In this document: positions 29,719-42,600 of the stretch, piece by piece | Layout: the number at the start of each line of letters is the position of its first letter | Position numbering within the stretch: position 1 is the stretch's first letter | Assembly: GCA_050084515.1 (NCBI GenBank) | Contig: CM114271.1 | Location: forward strand, 49,848,001-49,912,000 | Origin: Blasia pusilla | Lineage: Eukaryota | DNA: 64,000 nt | Direction: 5' to 3' | Notes under the pieces: generated by a model | Databases searched by the model: none | What the model saw: only the letters and a program-made list of their open reading frames with translations | What the model was told of the DNA's origin: nothing | Translations under genes and position numbers: made by a program

Positions 29719-30411
29719 TGGGAGTATTTTGGGAATGCCATCTTCCAAGCTGCTATTGTTTTTTTGATAAAACAGACAGTTTTGCCTCTCCTCGAAGCAC
29801 GTTGCAGCAAACATGATTGCATGTTTGGGAGCATGAGCAAGTTCTCTGTGTTTACCTTATTCAGATGGGAACAGGGTCCATGCGGGAAACTTAGTTGCCT
29901 ACCGGGATTATGATGCTAAGATGTGATTATGTTTGGATTAACACAAGGAGACATTTCTCCAAAGATGTGGTCCTCCTCCTGCTGCACTTTGAATGTCCAG
30001 TTGGGGAAGATTGTATGTATGTGTTCAGCACAGAGCTAGTCACCAAGTGTAGAGAAAAAAACTATTACTCAACTATGTTTTGACCATTAGTTATGCACAT
30101 GATTCTGCAGTAGAGTTGTGGTGAAAAGAGAGTTCCCAGTTCCCTTAGAAGTAGGCCTGTAAAGAAGCAAACATGTAAAATATTTCAGTACTGCAGATTG
30201 ACTTGCCCTTCTTCCCAATGTTTCAGTCCCGCGTTTGCTTTGCACCTAAATTCACATATTAGCTGTGTGATATGAGTTGTAAATATGCATCTTCTGATCT
30301 AAATGATGCCGCTGGTCTTACCTGAGTACAAGTAAGTTTGTACATATGCGTGGGTGTGAATAATCCCAGGGACACGCTCTTCTTGAATGGGTCCACATCA
30401 TTTCAGGTTTC

Positions 30412-33400
30412 AGTAATTTATTAATCTTTCTCTATGGGAAGATCCCTCATACTTTATGCCCATGGCTATCATTCCTCAAGTATTGTTCTTCAAACAAAAA
30501 TTCTTTGAAGATTGCATTGAAGATTGACTTCTATCCAATGGTAGCCAACAAGAAAAAAAAAATAACATGATACAACACAAGAGTAATTTATTAACTATGG
30601 GAAGATCAAGGCTATCATTCCTCAAGTATTGTAAAATTCTTTCGATTGCATTGAAGAGCTTCTATCCAAGGGTAGCCACGTAACATGATACAACACTTAT
30701 AACATAAGGTCTATCGGACCCGATATAAAATATAGCCCACATTAGACTTCGTGTTGCACTCATATAAGAAATCTTCTTCATTACATCTTGTTCATCAACA
30801 ATTTCTAGATCGTCCTATCCAATCAATCCTTGACATGGCTCAAGAGGATTCAACACTAGTTTACAATTAGACATGTTAAATCTTTCCAGAATTCAATGAA
30901 TGTATCTACCTTGGAAAAGTTTAATCCATCCCTCCTCGCTATTCCAAGTAACCTCATTCTATAGGAAGTTATGGATTTCTCCAAGGTATGTCATCTTGAA
31001 TTCCTTCTTCAATGAGTCCTTTATAAAGTTCAATAGTTTCGCACAATTGCTAATCAAGACAATGTCATCTACATATAAGGCCAAGTATGAATAGTCTTTA
31101 TGTTGTTTAAGAATATAATCATTTGGATATGAAACAAATCTCTTGAAATCAATTGTCACCAAGAAAGAGTTCATCCTTTAGTACCACTTTTCTGACAATT
31201 GTTTCAAGCCACAAATGGCTTTTTGTTGTTTAAGACCCACTCCATGATCCTCTTCATTTGCTATTTTCATATCCAATTTGTATCTCAAGATCAAATAAAA
31301 CATTACTTGAAATCTTAACCCCTCACCAAGAAAGATGTAATCCATTCCCTAAATCTAAGAATATTGTATTGGCACCAAGCTTGCTTTATACCTTTCAATA
31401 CTCTCATTGACATTATACTTAACTTTGAATATCCACTTGCAACCTATAGCTTGCCTATCAATTGGAAGTGTTATCATGGTCAAATTAAGTATTATTTATT
31501 TTCAAAGATTTCATTTTCTCTACAATTTCTTTTTCCTAATGGATGTATTGTGGATTATTGAAAACCTCATCTAAGCTTTCTAGCTCTTCAATTATTATGG
31601 CTTGCTCATTCATTTGATGTGGTTATAGGAGGTGTTGTCATAGGGGCTACCACTCACTTAGAGCTACCCATGATTGGAAAAACTATCAATCCACGTGGAT
31701 CAAATGTCTCTTGATTTTCTTTTGGTTCTTGCAAGTGCAAATTTATTGGTTGTTGCGCTCTTTCTTACAACTGAACATCTTGGGATGCTATTATAGATCC
31801 ATTTGATTTATTCTCCAACCTAAATCCCTTCCTTGATTTGGCATAACCTAGGAAGATGTACTCCATAGACTAGAAGTTGAGCTTCTTCCTTAATTGAGAA
31901 GGAATCAATAAATATGTTGTACAACCAAACACTTGAGGATGAGAGAGATCATTTGCATATCCATGCCATATCTCATGTGGGATTAAGTCATCTTCTAATG
32001 CCTTCGTAGGGGATTTGCTTTGTAGATAGTTCGCAATGAGCAATGTTTCTCTCCAATAAGTGTTGGCAAGACTCCATCATTGGAACATAGGTTTTACAAT
32101 TCTTCCTCTCAGCCAATCAATTATGTTGTGGATTGTGAGGTATGATATATTGTCTATATATTTCTTGTTCTTGGAAAAATTGATTAAACTCTATGGCTTT
32201 AAACTTTCCACCATTATAAAATTGTAAAATCTTTATAATTTTACTTTTTTTTTTTTCTCAGTAGAAATTTTGTATATTTTGAATTTTGTGAAATTTAATG
32301 TTTGTGATTTTAATCTTAAGGGACACACAAGAGTATGTATGGAATAATTGTATGTAAAGTCAAAAAACACCTAAAATCACTATTTGTGAGGATACTTAAT
32401 GGACCACAAACATTTGAATGCACTAAGCCAAGAACAACAAAGGCTTGTGTTCCACTACTAAATGGAAATTCCTCCTTTACTTGTATAGCGTTGATGCACA
32501 TAAGACAACTTGGTAGGTGATTAGAGATTGTATCCTTCAAATCCTTCACCTTGTTGTTTTTTATTAGAACTTTCAATCTGGCTTGGCTTATATAGCCAAG
32601 CCTTTCATATTATAAGGCGGCATGCCCTATCAAAATTGACAAGGCTTTTGTTATACCAATTGATTGGCTTATAGTACTAGTTTCATTTTTTTAATAGCCA
32701 AGGACATCCAATATGTTCTTTGAAGTACATGTTGCAATTAATGCACCTTTCTTATCTTTCAATATACGAGTGTGATTATGAATTATCAATTCCCCACTTG
32801 TGGAGCCAAATTGATCTAGAAAATAAATTCTTTATCAATCTAGTTACATGTAAAACTTCAAGAATTAACATTGTGGATCTATTTGGAAGTGTGAGACAAT
32901 TCGACCCATAACCTATAATACGTTGAGTCGTATTGTCTCCAAGGAATATATATTGAATAATTTTGTTAACAACTAACTTTGTAATCTATAAATATTTCTA
33001 CATCGTGTATCATCAGTATCAACATACCATACATTATTTGGAACTGTGTATGTAGTTGGTGTTATAACATAAAGGCTTTGTATAGTTGAAGTAGTTCGTT
33101 ATTGCTTTTGCAACCTCCTTGGGAAATTCTTGAGAATATGCCTGAATTGCTTTAGATAATAACGCCTTGCGTTGTTGTATTTTCTTTGTTGATTTGAGTT
33201 TGAGGTATGCTTTGAATGGATATTTTTTTCTGTTCATTCCCATGACATTGTACAGTACTAAAGAAACCTCTATATCTAAATGGCATACTTCTTATGAGGT
33301 TGAGTATTGCCTCCTTGTATAAGATTACAATACCTATTGAGGACAATTGTTCTAGAATCATCTTCAATTGATGAATGTGCTTTATAAGTGCCAAGCCTTC

Positions 33401-34200
33401 TCTCATTTTTAATATTTCCAATTGATACTTCAAATATATCTTTGTAACAAAATCCCTTTGCTCAAAAGGATCTATTAATCTTATCCATGCTTCCTCTGAA
33501 GTGCGCAATCCGCTCTAATGGGAGATAATTTCTACCTAATTTTTGGATCAACAAAATTGGACATGGACTGATTAAATTTTCTATCAGATTTCAAATTTAG
33601 TACCAATCTTTTAGTTCTTAAATGAATTTTCTAAAATTCATGTACTTCACGGAAAATGGATCCATTCAATTTGAAGCATGAGGGAAGATTTTAACTCCAA
33701 TTCTATGATTCAAATAAAATCTAGACTCAATTTTCTCTATTAGGCCAAATTAAAACTTCCTCAAGAAGTGATTACAATGTCCTGAATTTGATTTTTTGTA
33801 GCAGTAATCACTTGTTGCATTCAAACCAAGTACAAGTTTGATCCAAATTTGCTACTCACTATATTTTCTCTCAGATTTTGTAGATGCTCTCCAATTCGCA
33901 TAGGTGCTCTCACATTTGTGCAAAAGCTAGCTCTGATACTATGTTGGAACAATAAGGATTACACAATCATAGAAACAAGGTAACAAGCAAGACAGACAAA
34001 TTTCATACATGAGTAAGTGTCAAGAAATGTTACTCCTCGTCACTTGAAAGCTCTCTACAATCCTACTCGACTATAGATATGCAAAGACATTATAGATGCC
34101 TTCCAATCCTATCCTCCTAATTCTACGTATACACAAACACTAATTGGAACAAGATTTGTTATTGTCATTACTTCTAACATAGCGATGATAATTTTCTAAC
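30412..34200 (-). mobile_element. Heavily decayed Ty1/copia retrotransposon; 3' end not recognisable; LTR boundary approximate
   Basis: tRNA-Met-type PBS (plus strand AGCTCTGATACTA, 33929-33941) abuts TGTTGG at 33942. Order on the minus strand: gag (33152-33508), integrase (GLVHSNVCGP, 32316-32576), RT (YLALYVDDIV, 30959-31174), which is the copia order. Confidence 0.85.
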
Positions 34201-34649
34201 AACTTATGCCATATTCACATGTTATGGTCTACTACTACTAAAGATGTTTGCTCTTGCATAAACTAGTTGACAAGTAGTTGTCATTTAGTGTGGAACCCCG
34301 TTCAACATGAAAACGAAAGATCTGAAATCATTCTTTCGTGTAATGATATTTATGAACAACGTGATACATGTATATCTCGATGTATACACAATCCATTCCA
34401 ATAGAAATGGAAGTATTATTTTCCATTCAAATTTGGATTTTCTTACAAAAAGAAACCTTAACAACAAGAGACATGATACAATCTACCGAGAAAGTGGGAA
34501 AAGTTTCTAAGATGGAAAAGTACTCGATAGATAAAGACAAGAAGTGATAAACATTGGATTCAAGCCAAAGGGAGTTAATCCTTGAAACACTTAAAGAAGA
34601 AGAGAAGCATATAGTAGGAATGCATGACTAATTATACAATAATAAAAAT

Positions 34650-35200
34650 TTTAAACTCGCATTAATTTCATATATTAGAAGAGAGTATTAAGGCAGGGTG
34701 GGTTCTTGTTTCTCCAAACTATTAAGATAATCCGCATGTTATGTTTTTATTGAAGGGGTTTCTTGAGGGGATAGATTTAGAGTACCTCTAAACTTTTTGA
34801 ACATTTTAGAGTCAATGGAGTGATCAAGGATAGAGGGTCATTAGATATGTTCTATATAAAAGAGACATTGGAAGAGGTGGTCAAGAAAGATTTACAAGAA
34901 TCTTGCACAAAGAATCTATATGAAAAACACTAGTCCGATGGTCAAGAAAGACTCAAAGAAATTTTATTTAAAAATATCATTGGGTGTATTGTGCATGAAA
35001 GAGATATTGGATTTGATGGCTTGAAAGAAAATGGAGGGATCTTGCAAATAGTGTCACCCAATTTACATGTATAAAGGTAATATAATTGTTGGTGAAATGA
35101 GATCTAGAGGGACGAGAAGGAACACTACATCATGAGTTTTTCTGATAAAAAGACATCACAAAGGATCATGCAAGTGGGGAACCATGGCATGGTCATTCAA
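34650..35200 (+). pseudogene. Possible very old retrotransposon pol remnant
   Basis: Only scattered motif-like strings (GCAGGGTGGGTTCTTGTTTCTCCA resembling GAGxxLVSP; a K-T-S-Q-R-I-M-Q-V-G stretch near 35150 resembling integrase zinc-finger regions). No ORF. Confidence 0.3.
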
Positions 35201-36718
35201 AGAAAGAACGATAGCAAGGTGTTCTTGATTAGTGATTAAGAAATCTGCAAATAACTTGAGAGTCGTGATTGGAGTACACATAGAGACCAAATCACAAAGT
35301 AGGGATGATAAACATCCACAACAAGACCATAGAGGTCATTTGTGCCCTCCTCCTAAATAGAAGATGTCAAATTAGTAGAGATATTTGACTCCACGCATGC
35401 ATGATTGAAACCCTAAATGGTTCTAGTGAGTAGTATATTGAAATCCATAACACATCAGATTTTCAGGAGCGTTCAATAGCTTCATGCGAAGAAACTAGAC
35501 AAAGAATCAATTCTCGCTGTTGGCCACTACCACAAACGCACGTCAATTCAGTTTCGTCGGGGTACTCGCCCCGCCCTCGCAGCTTTTACCCCATGCACCG
35601 GATCTGGGAGCTCGTATAGCAGCACACCGTGAATGGTCCCGGTCCCGGGTTGCTTAGAGCTGCAAGCGGTGCAAATCCTCGCGGTGAGCCCTCATGGAAC
35701 TCTGCTGCGCTATCCACACACTGCACTTGTCGTTTCAAAGTTCTTGATTCAACGGGTTATTGTCGGACTAAGTGATTTTTCCTTTATTGAAGTTGATGTA
35801 AGGCACAGGAAGCGTGATCACAGACAACATGCTGATCATCTTATTCATGGCGAGTTTTTATCCAAAACATCGCTTGCACTATCTACTAATATTTTACAGC
35901 CCAAAGGAGAAGGTCGGCTCCATTGTGTTGGTTGGTCCTTCCAGCCCTAACCCCGAATCTCCAAATCAAAAGCCTCGTTGAATTGATGTGAGCTGTCCTC
36001 GCTGTGGATTGCGCGTCCCAATCCAGCGGGAAGAAGTAGATGCGATGTGACCGGTTCAAGTTAGCATTATCATGTACATTACTAATTCTTGACCAAAACT
36101 ACGTAGTAGAGATAGATCTTCCTTGATGTTCGACGCAAGAGCAGGGGCACTCGCCACTGGCTATGACTCGCCAGTGATTCAAGTACTAGGTTTAATCCCC
36201 AGGACTTCGTGTGTCCGTCGCCAGAAACCTGATGAATATATGCTGTGTCGAGGGAATGGACTGGAGATCTGCATCCGTCCCGCAAAGGACCTGTAGCATG
36301 AACCATCTTTTCGTAGGCGTATCTTCAAGCTCATCATTCTTCATCATCTGTTCGTAGATCACAATCACCCGCACTGGAAGAACGAAAACGTTCTAGAGAT
36401 AAGATGTGGTGGTGAGGCTGAAACATCCAAGGATTTCAAGGGAATCCATGATGTTGAACATCCAAAACACATCCTAATCAGGCGAACCACTTCCGGACAT
36501 AATGCTGGAGTGTCAATTCCATAGTACTAGACTCAAAAAGTGGTGCCAGGCATCCATCATCATCAAGCGTCAACTGCAACAGCACCAAGGGAGAGGCTTT
36601 CCTTGCCAAGTAGAGAAGGGAGGGCGGTGGTGTGGTTATCCAGATTCATTGCATTTACCAAAAAATGCCATTCATTGCATGGGCCAACGAACCCGACCAT
36701 TTCTCTGTGACCGATTTC

Positions 36719-39679
36719 TCAGACGTTGGAAGGGGAGTCGTGGCCTGTGAAGTCATCCGTGTAGTTTTCGTACGGTTCTGACTCAGGAAAAGAGTCTCCC
36801 ACTCGGATTTCATCCATCAGGTCCACCAGTTGCGCCATTTTGGGGCGCTGCTCAGGGTCTGCTATCACGCAAGCCATGGCAATTTGGAGGAGAGTCACCA
36901 TCTCCTCCTCTATGTGCCTGTTGGACTTGAGCTCCACATCAAACACCTCCGCTGTCCACTCCTCTCTCACCACTGATTGCACCCATTGGGGAAGGTCAAT
37001 GCCTTCTTCTCCGTGCGCCAGTGATTGTTTTGGCTGACGACCTGTGTAAAAACCACTCATTCAAAAGCGTACTTCAGAAATACACACAATTTTCCCATAC
37101 ACCGAAGCCTCGTTCGATTGTCTGATTCTTGGCACTTCAATCGACACTGCTGTTGAAATGCGAATTACGGTCGACAAAAATGCAGTCTTTTCTCAGGAGA
37201 TGACGGTACAATTTGTACGATGGCGTTTTAGTTTCCATCACGGAATTTCGTGGCACGAGACCGCACAAGACACTCAAAGCTCGAAACAAAGAAGTCTTCT
37301 CACATTTTCGGAGTTCAAATCGCGTATTTGTTCCACTGCAGTTTCACAGTTCAGTAAGAATTCTTACCAGTCAAAAGCTCTAGCAGGAGAACTCCGAAGC
37401 TGTACACATCGGCCATCTGAGTGATGCTTTTCGTCTGACTATATTCCGGAGCTCGGTAGCCCGCGGTGCGCTGCGTTGCCATGGCGGGACTCATGAGATA
37501 AACCAGACCAAAGTCCGAAATGCACACCTCGAAGTTCTTGCCCAGGAGAATGTTGGTTGACTTTATATTCCCATGAAACACCTTCTCGAAATCGCACTCT
37601 TTGTGTATATAGGCAAGACCCGCGGCTACTCCCCGAGCGATGTGAACGCGGGAACTCCAATCAAGTGCACTTCGTCCAGGGCCTCTACTACCTGTGTAAT
37701 ACAAATCATCAATAGCTTGGCGTTCTCCCTGTGATCATCGAGTCCCTGGATAGGTAATGGCAAGAAGATTTGCAGAAGTGCTTCTATACGTCATACAGGG
37801 AAGGGAGCTCCATCCACACACACGACCAGATAGAACACCCTGTATTTTCAGACCGTTTCTCAAGAAAGAAATTAATGCAGAGTCGTGGCAGCAATTGTCA
37901 CTGACTTATTCTCACAAACATGAAAAATAGCTTAGTTCAGAATGACTTTGCTTTGTAATTGAATACGGCTGCACTGTTGAGAAGACGGTTCTTCAAAGCA
38001 TCGTATGGGCAACGGCAAACGCTAGCAGACATAACCATTCCCACGCTAATGATATGAGTGCTTTCTCCCAAGCCTGCTGTAAGTAACGCCTGTGAGGCGG
38101 CAATCGTCTCGTGCTCCTAAGGCATTCTCGAGGGCCTCCGCGATCTCGACCTGACTCGAGCTCCACATGAATCCGCTGTTGCCGAAGGACGGCTAGAGCA
38201 GAATTGGTGGACAACAACAACCGACATCAGACATTGGCACAAATCACGGGACAGCAAGTTGATGAACTCTCGGTTGGGGAACTCACCATGAAGCAGGGTG
38301 AAGAGGCTGTGATTCGTCATGTAGTCGTACACAAGAAGTTTTTCCTCTTTCGCATAGTAGTACGCCCGCAGTGGCACGAGATTTGGATGCCTCAGCTTTC
38401 CTAGCAACTCCATGTGCCGCTCGAAATCCTTCCTTCCAGGATCCTTGACGTCCCTCAGCCTCTTCACAACTACTACCACTCCGCTTTCTACAACTGCTTT
38501 GTAGGCGGTGCCGAAGCTGCCCTTTCCAAGCATCTCCGCAGACGCTCGCAGTAGTTCTTCCAAATAAAACCTTTGCGGCGCGTCTTCAAAAAAGATCAGA
38601 TTGGATGAGTCATCCTCCAGGCTCTGAATCGAAAGATGTGAGGACGATCGACTACCGTTCAACTTCCCGTCAACAACTCTGTTCGTGGGCTTCTTCTCGT
38701 CTGCATACCTGGGACTTCTCCTCCAGTAGTAAGCGAAGAAAAAGATAACGACCATCACAACGAGAGTATCTCCCACTACAATTGCAACTACTGCCACCGT
38801 ACTCAGTTTAATCTTCGTACTCTCTAGCACTGGCTCGATCGAGGGAGATGGTGACGGATTGTAGATTGGAGAGATCTCATCAGGGGCTTGAGCAGCAGAT
38901 GGACACGCAGGTGACAACGGCTGGCCGCATAACTCTGAGTTTCCAGCGAAAGAACTTGAGGGAAATTTGGACAAAGAGGCTGGAATTTCTCCACCCAGCT
39001 GATTCCATGAAAGGTTAAGAGCTCCGAGAACGTTACTGGTTATGAGAGGAATCCTTCCTGTGAAAGAATTGTTCTCCAGATGAAGAAGAAGCAAGGATGA
39101 TGAAGCATTCAGATCAGGGATTTGACCGGACAACTTGTTGACAGACAAGTCTAGATTCGACAACCGCCGTGCAGTCGACAAGAACTTGGGGGCGGGACCA
39201 GAGAACTGGTTGTTTTGTAGCCACAACTGCGCAAGACCTGTGCAATTTGACAAATCTGGGATTGCTCCCTTCAACGAATTGAAGGAAAGGACCAGCGTTT
39301 GCAGCTCGTTCAGTTTGCTCAATGTGTTCTCCGCAAACGTACCATTCAGCGCGAGATTGTTCAAGGTAATTTTACTCACACGAAACCTGCGGTTACATTG
39401 GATTCCTTTCCACTTGGAGATCGAGCCATTGGAACAAGGATCATCTCCAAACCAAGACTGGTTCAAAATACCATTCGGGTCAGCCGCCTCTTTGAAAGCA
39501 AACAGACCTTCGGCATCAAGAGTGAGATGCCGAGCGTCACAGTAGTTCAACAAGAGCAGAGCTGAAACCAGCCCAACAAGGACGAATTCGAACCTGCAAC
39601 CCATTCTGATAGAGGAATGCCTCGCACTGACTGAAGCCAACGGAGGACGCAACGATCGCCTGAAATCGTCCCTGCCCAT
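36719..39679 (-). CDS. Leucine-rich repeat receptor-like kinase, LRR-III type; exons 39679(or 39604)-38287, 37691-37368, 37041-36719
   Basis: Signal peptide, W..DPC..WKGIQC cap, about 5 LRRs, [13 protein letters not shown] helix, [68 protein letters not shown]. Two phase-1 GT-AG introns. Confidence 0.95.
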
Positions 39680-42600
39680 GGAGATTAAATTGATAGCGAG
39701 CTCGAGCTGAGGGCTACAGTCCTCACGAAATGAAGCCGTTGCCAGTCAGGGGAAATGCCTCGATTCAGTCGTGAGAAGGTTTGCATTCTAGTCTTGTGAC
39801 ACCTGCGCATCCAACAGCCGAGCATCAAGATTCCTGACCATCATCTACCTGCAGCCACATTGAACTAACTATTCACGCTTCAATTAGATTCTAACATTTT
39901 GAAATCTTGTCCGGCCGACTACCGACGAGTAGTACGGACGAGAACTACTTTAACGCTAGCCACTGTTACTACGTCTACGTCTTCGGCGGAGCTCACAAGC
40001 TGCAAAATGCTTCTCCAACTTCAACTTGTAGTAACATATTATCACCTTCAGTTCCACCACTCTGCACCTGCAATCGCAATGGGTCTTTAACTCTAAAGAC
40101 ATCCTGCCCGCAATCGGCTCGAGATCACTAACGGTTAGAAATCTTCCTTTCCGCAGCGTTCAGTTGTCACCTGCGACCAATAGAACTTACAAAAAATTTC
40201 AGAGCCCACGAAGCTATGAGTGAGATCTCGCCTTCACGGACGACTGCTCTCTCTGACGATGTCCGATGTCCATGTTGTAGCAGCTGCGTGCAACTACAAG
40301 AGTGATAAAGCACTTCTTCGCTTCCCGCGCATTTCCCATCCCCTGTTCGTCCGTACTCATCGTCTTCTCCCCTTCTTTCCTGCCGATCTCAACCTCGAGT
40401 GCAGCCAATTCGTCGAGTCATCTCAAATTCGAGCTTCCGCTATTCATCACAGTTATCCAGGCTCCGACGACTATACAACCGCGGTTGGTCTCACCGTCAA
40501 TTATAAACTAATTCTTTCTGGCTCCCGGGGTACTACCGGCTACTTCATGAGTCATTCCCGGAGATAACGTCGATCTCTCCCTGGAATCAGCCGTCTGTCC
40601 ATCAATCCTCTCGCACTAATTTACCCACCTGGTTCTCCCGGGGAAAACATTCCTCTCCGCATCACACGAATACATAGTCTCCGTTCGGGAATCGGGAGCT
40701 GAACCTATAGAGAACAGGCAAATTGTACGGGTTTCGATGGAGTTGGTCCAGTCCAATGAGTGAGCTGAATTTTGCTGCTTTTCCCGTCTTGGGGCTCATG
40801 TATGGGGAAAGAGTCCGAAAGACCAGCCGCTAAGAGACCCCTGTCTTAAAGAGGTTGGCGCACGTGGCACGGCTGAATTCGCAGTAGTTTTGCCACGTAA
40901 GGGAGTCTTCGTTATTTTTCCGTTGCTAAAGGCCTCATGATACCATCCGAAGGCTGGTATCGGCGGATTTGAATTTCGGGCGACTTTGAGACCGTTGGTG
41001 GTGCATCCGGGGTTCGAGGGTCGGGTTTGCGCGATCGTCGCGACTTGCGCGTTGTCGCGACGTGGAGTTCCTCTCCAACGTTCGTGCCTTCGCCCTCTGC
41101 CACGACGTCTATCCAATCCACGTTGCTTTACTTCTCAAGTTCTTATGGGGATGGAAAACGCGACTTTTTCTCGAATAGATTATGATCCTGTGATTTTCTT
41201 TTCAATCGTATTATGCATTAAAACAAGGTTTTACAGATATTATTAGAAACACATGTCACGTTACAATATCATTATTAATTATTTAAGAGTATGTTGGGAC
41301 TAGTTAGCATGCCTGCACACGAAAAGGATTTTTTCATAATTTATAAATTTTCATTTAAATCTTTTAATATAATTTTTTAATCTTAAAATAATAATATTTT
41401 TAAATTTTTAAATCACGTAATTTTTTAATTAAAATTTAAGAAATAATATCGAACTCTCTTATATAATTTCATCCCTCCATAAGAGTTAAAACAATATGTA
41501 TTTTTCTTACCAAAGTAACATTCATTAATTAAATCACTATTTAATTTTAATTAATGAAATATTTTCCCTTTTTATTGAAATTAATTTTCCTTTCCAAAAA
41601 TATCAAATTTTCATTAGTATGATTCTTTTTAAAACTAATCATGTTTTTTGTTTCAAAATTTACACATAAATTTTACTTTTTAAATATTTAAATAATAATA
41701 ACATTCCACTTTTTCTAAGTAATTTTATTCCTTGAGTTAAATAATACCCCATCCCCTAAGTAATCTCAATCCTTTAATAAAGTTTAAAAAACACGTATTC
41801 CTCCCATCAAAGTGATACTTAATAATTAATCTTGATTAATAAATTTCTCTCTCTCTTCCATTCAAAATCATTTTTCTTTCGCATCACGTGTGAATAAAGG
41901 GAAAAACAAAATTTTGTTGTTATTTTGTTTTATCGTATATTTAGGATCGCCCATTATAATATAGATATTAGTAATGACTCTTTAAGAACATAGGAGGTTC
42001 TTCTTAAACGCTCGATTTCTCCGATCCATTAATTCTCCATTACTAAAAAACCTTACTACATCCTCCAACAATCCCATTTTTCCTGCCAATATGTGACCTT
42101 AAGGGGAAAAATTAATACCATGGTGTTATTTTGTCTTACAATGTCATTTTTTTCATGTAGAGTCTGTCATTATAAGATAGATTAACTCATAAGGTCCATG
42201 GGATGTTTGGTTTTAAATGGTTATTTTCAATTTAAAATTATAAATAAATTTTACTTTTGGGATTTTTTTGCAGGCTCAATGTTGGAAAAATATTATAATA
42301 TTGTTGGAGGATAAATTTTCCAACTATGTTGTTGACAAGTATCCACCTATAATGTTGACAATTGATATCAAACATACTAGGGTTTGATTTTCTCACCATT
42401 TCCCATTTATATATTTCTTTTGTTTATTTTCATTCATATTATAAATCCAATTTCTATCATATTTTAAACAATATGACATAAAATTAATTTTAAAAATACA
42501 ACCAAAAAATATTCTTACCTTTTGTAAAAAAAAGATTGTTGTAGTAAAAGCTAGACAATTAAAGGAATTGAAATCTATAGAGATCAAAAAGTAAACATGA

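Noticed and set aside
35633-36750. Short ORFs downstream of the LRR-RLK
   Set aside because: No recognisable domains; probably 3' UTR or intergenic.
38117-38286. C-terminal tail of the 520-aa ORF
   Set aside because: Read-through into intron 1 of the LRR-RLK (donor at 38286).
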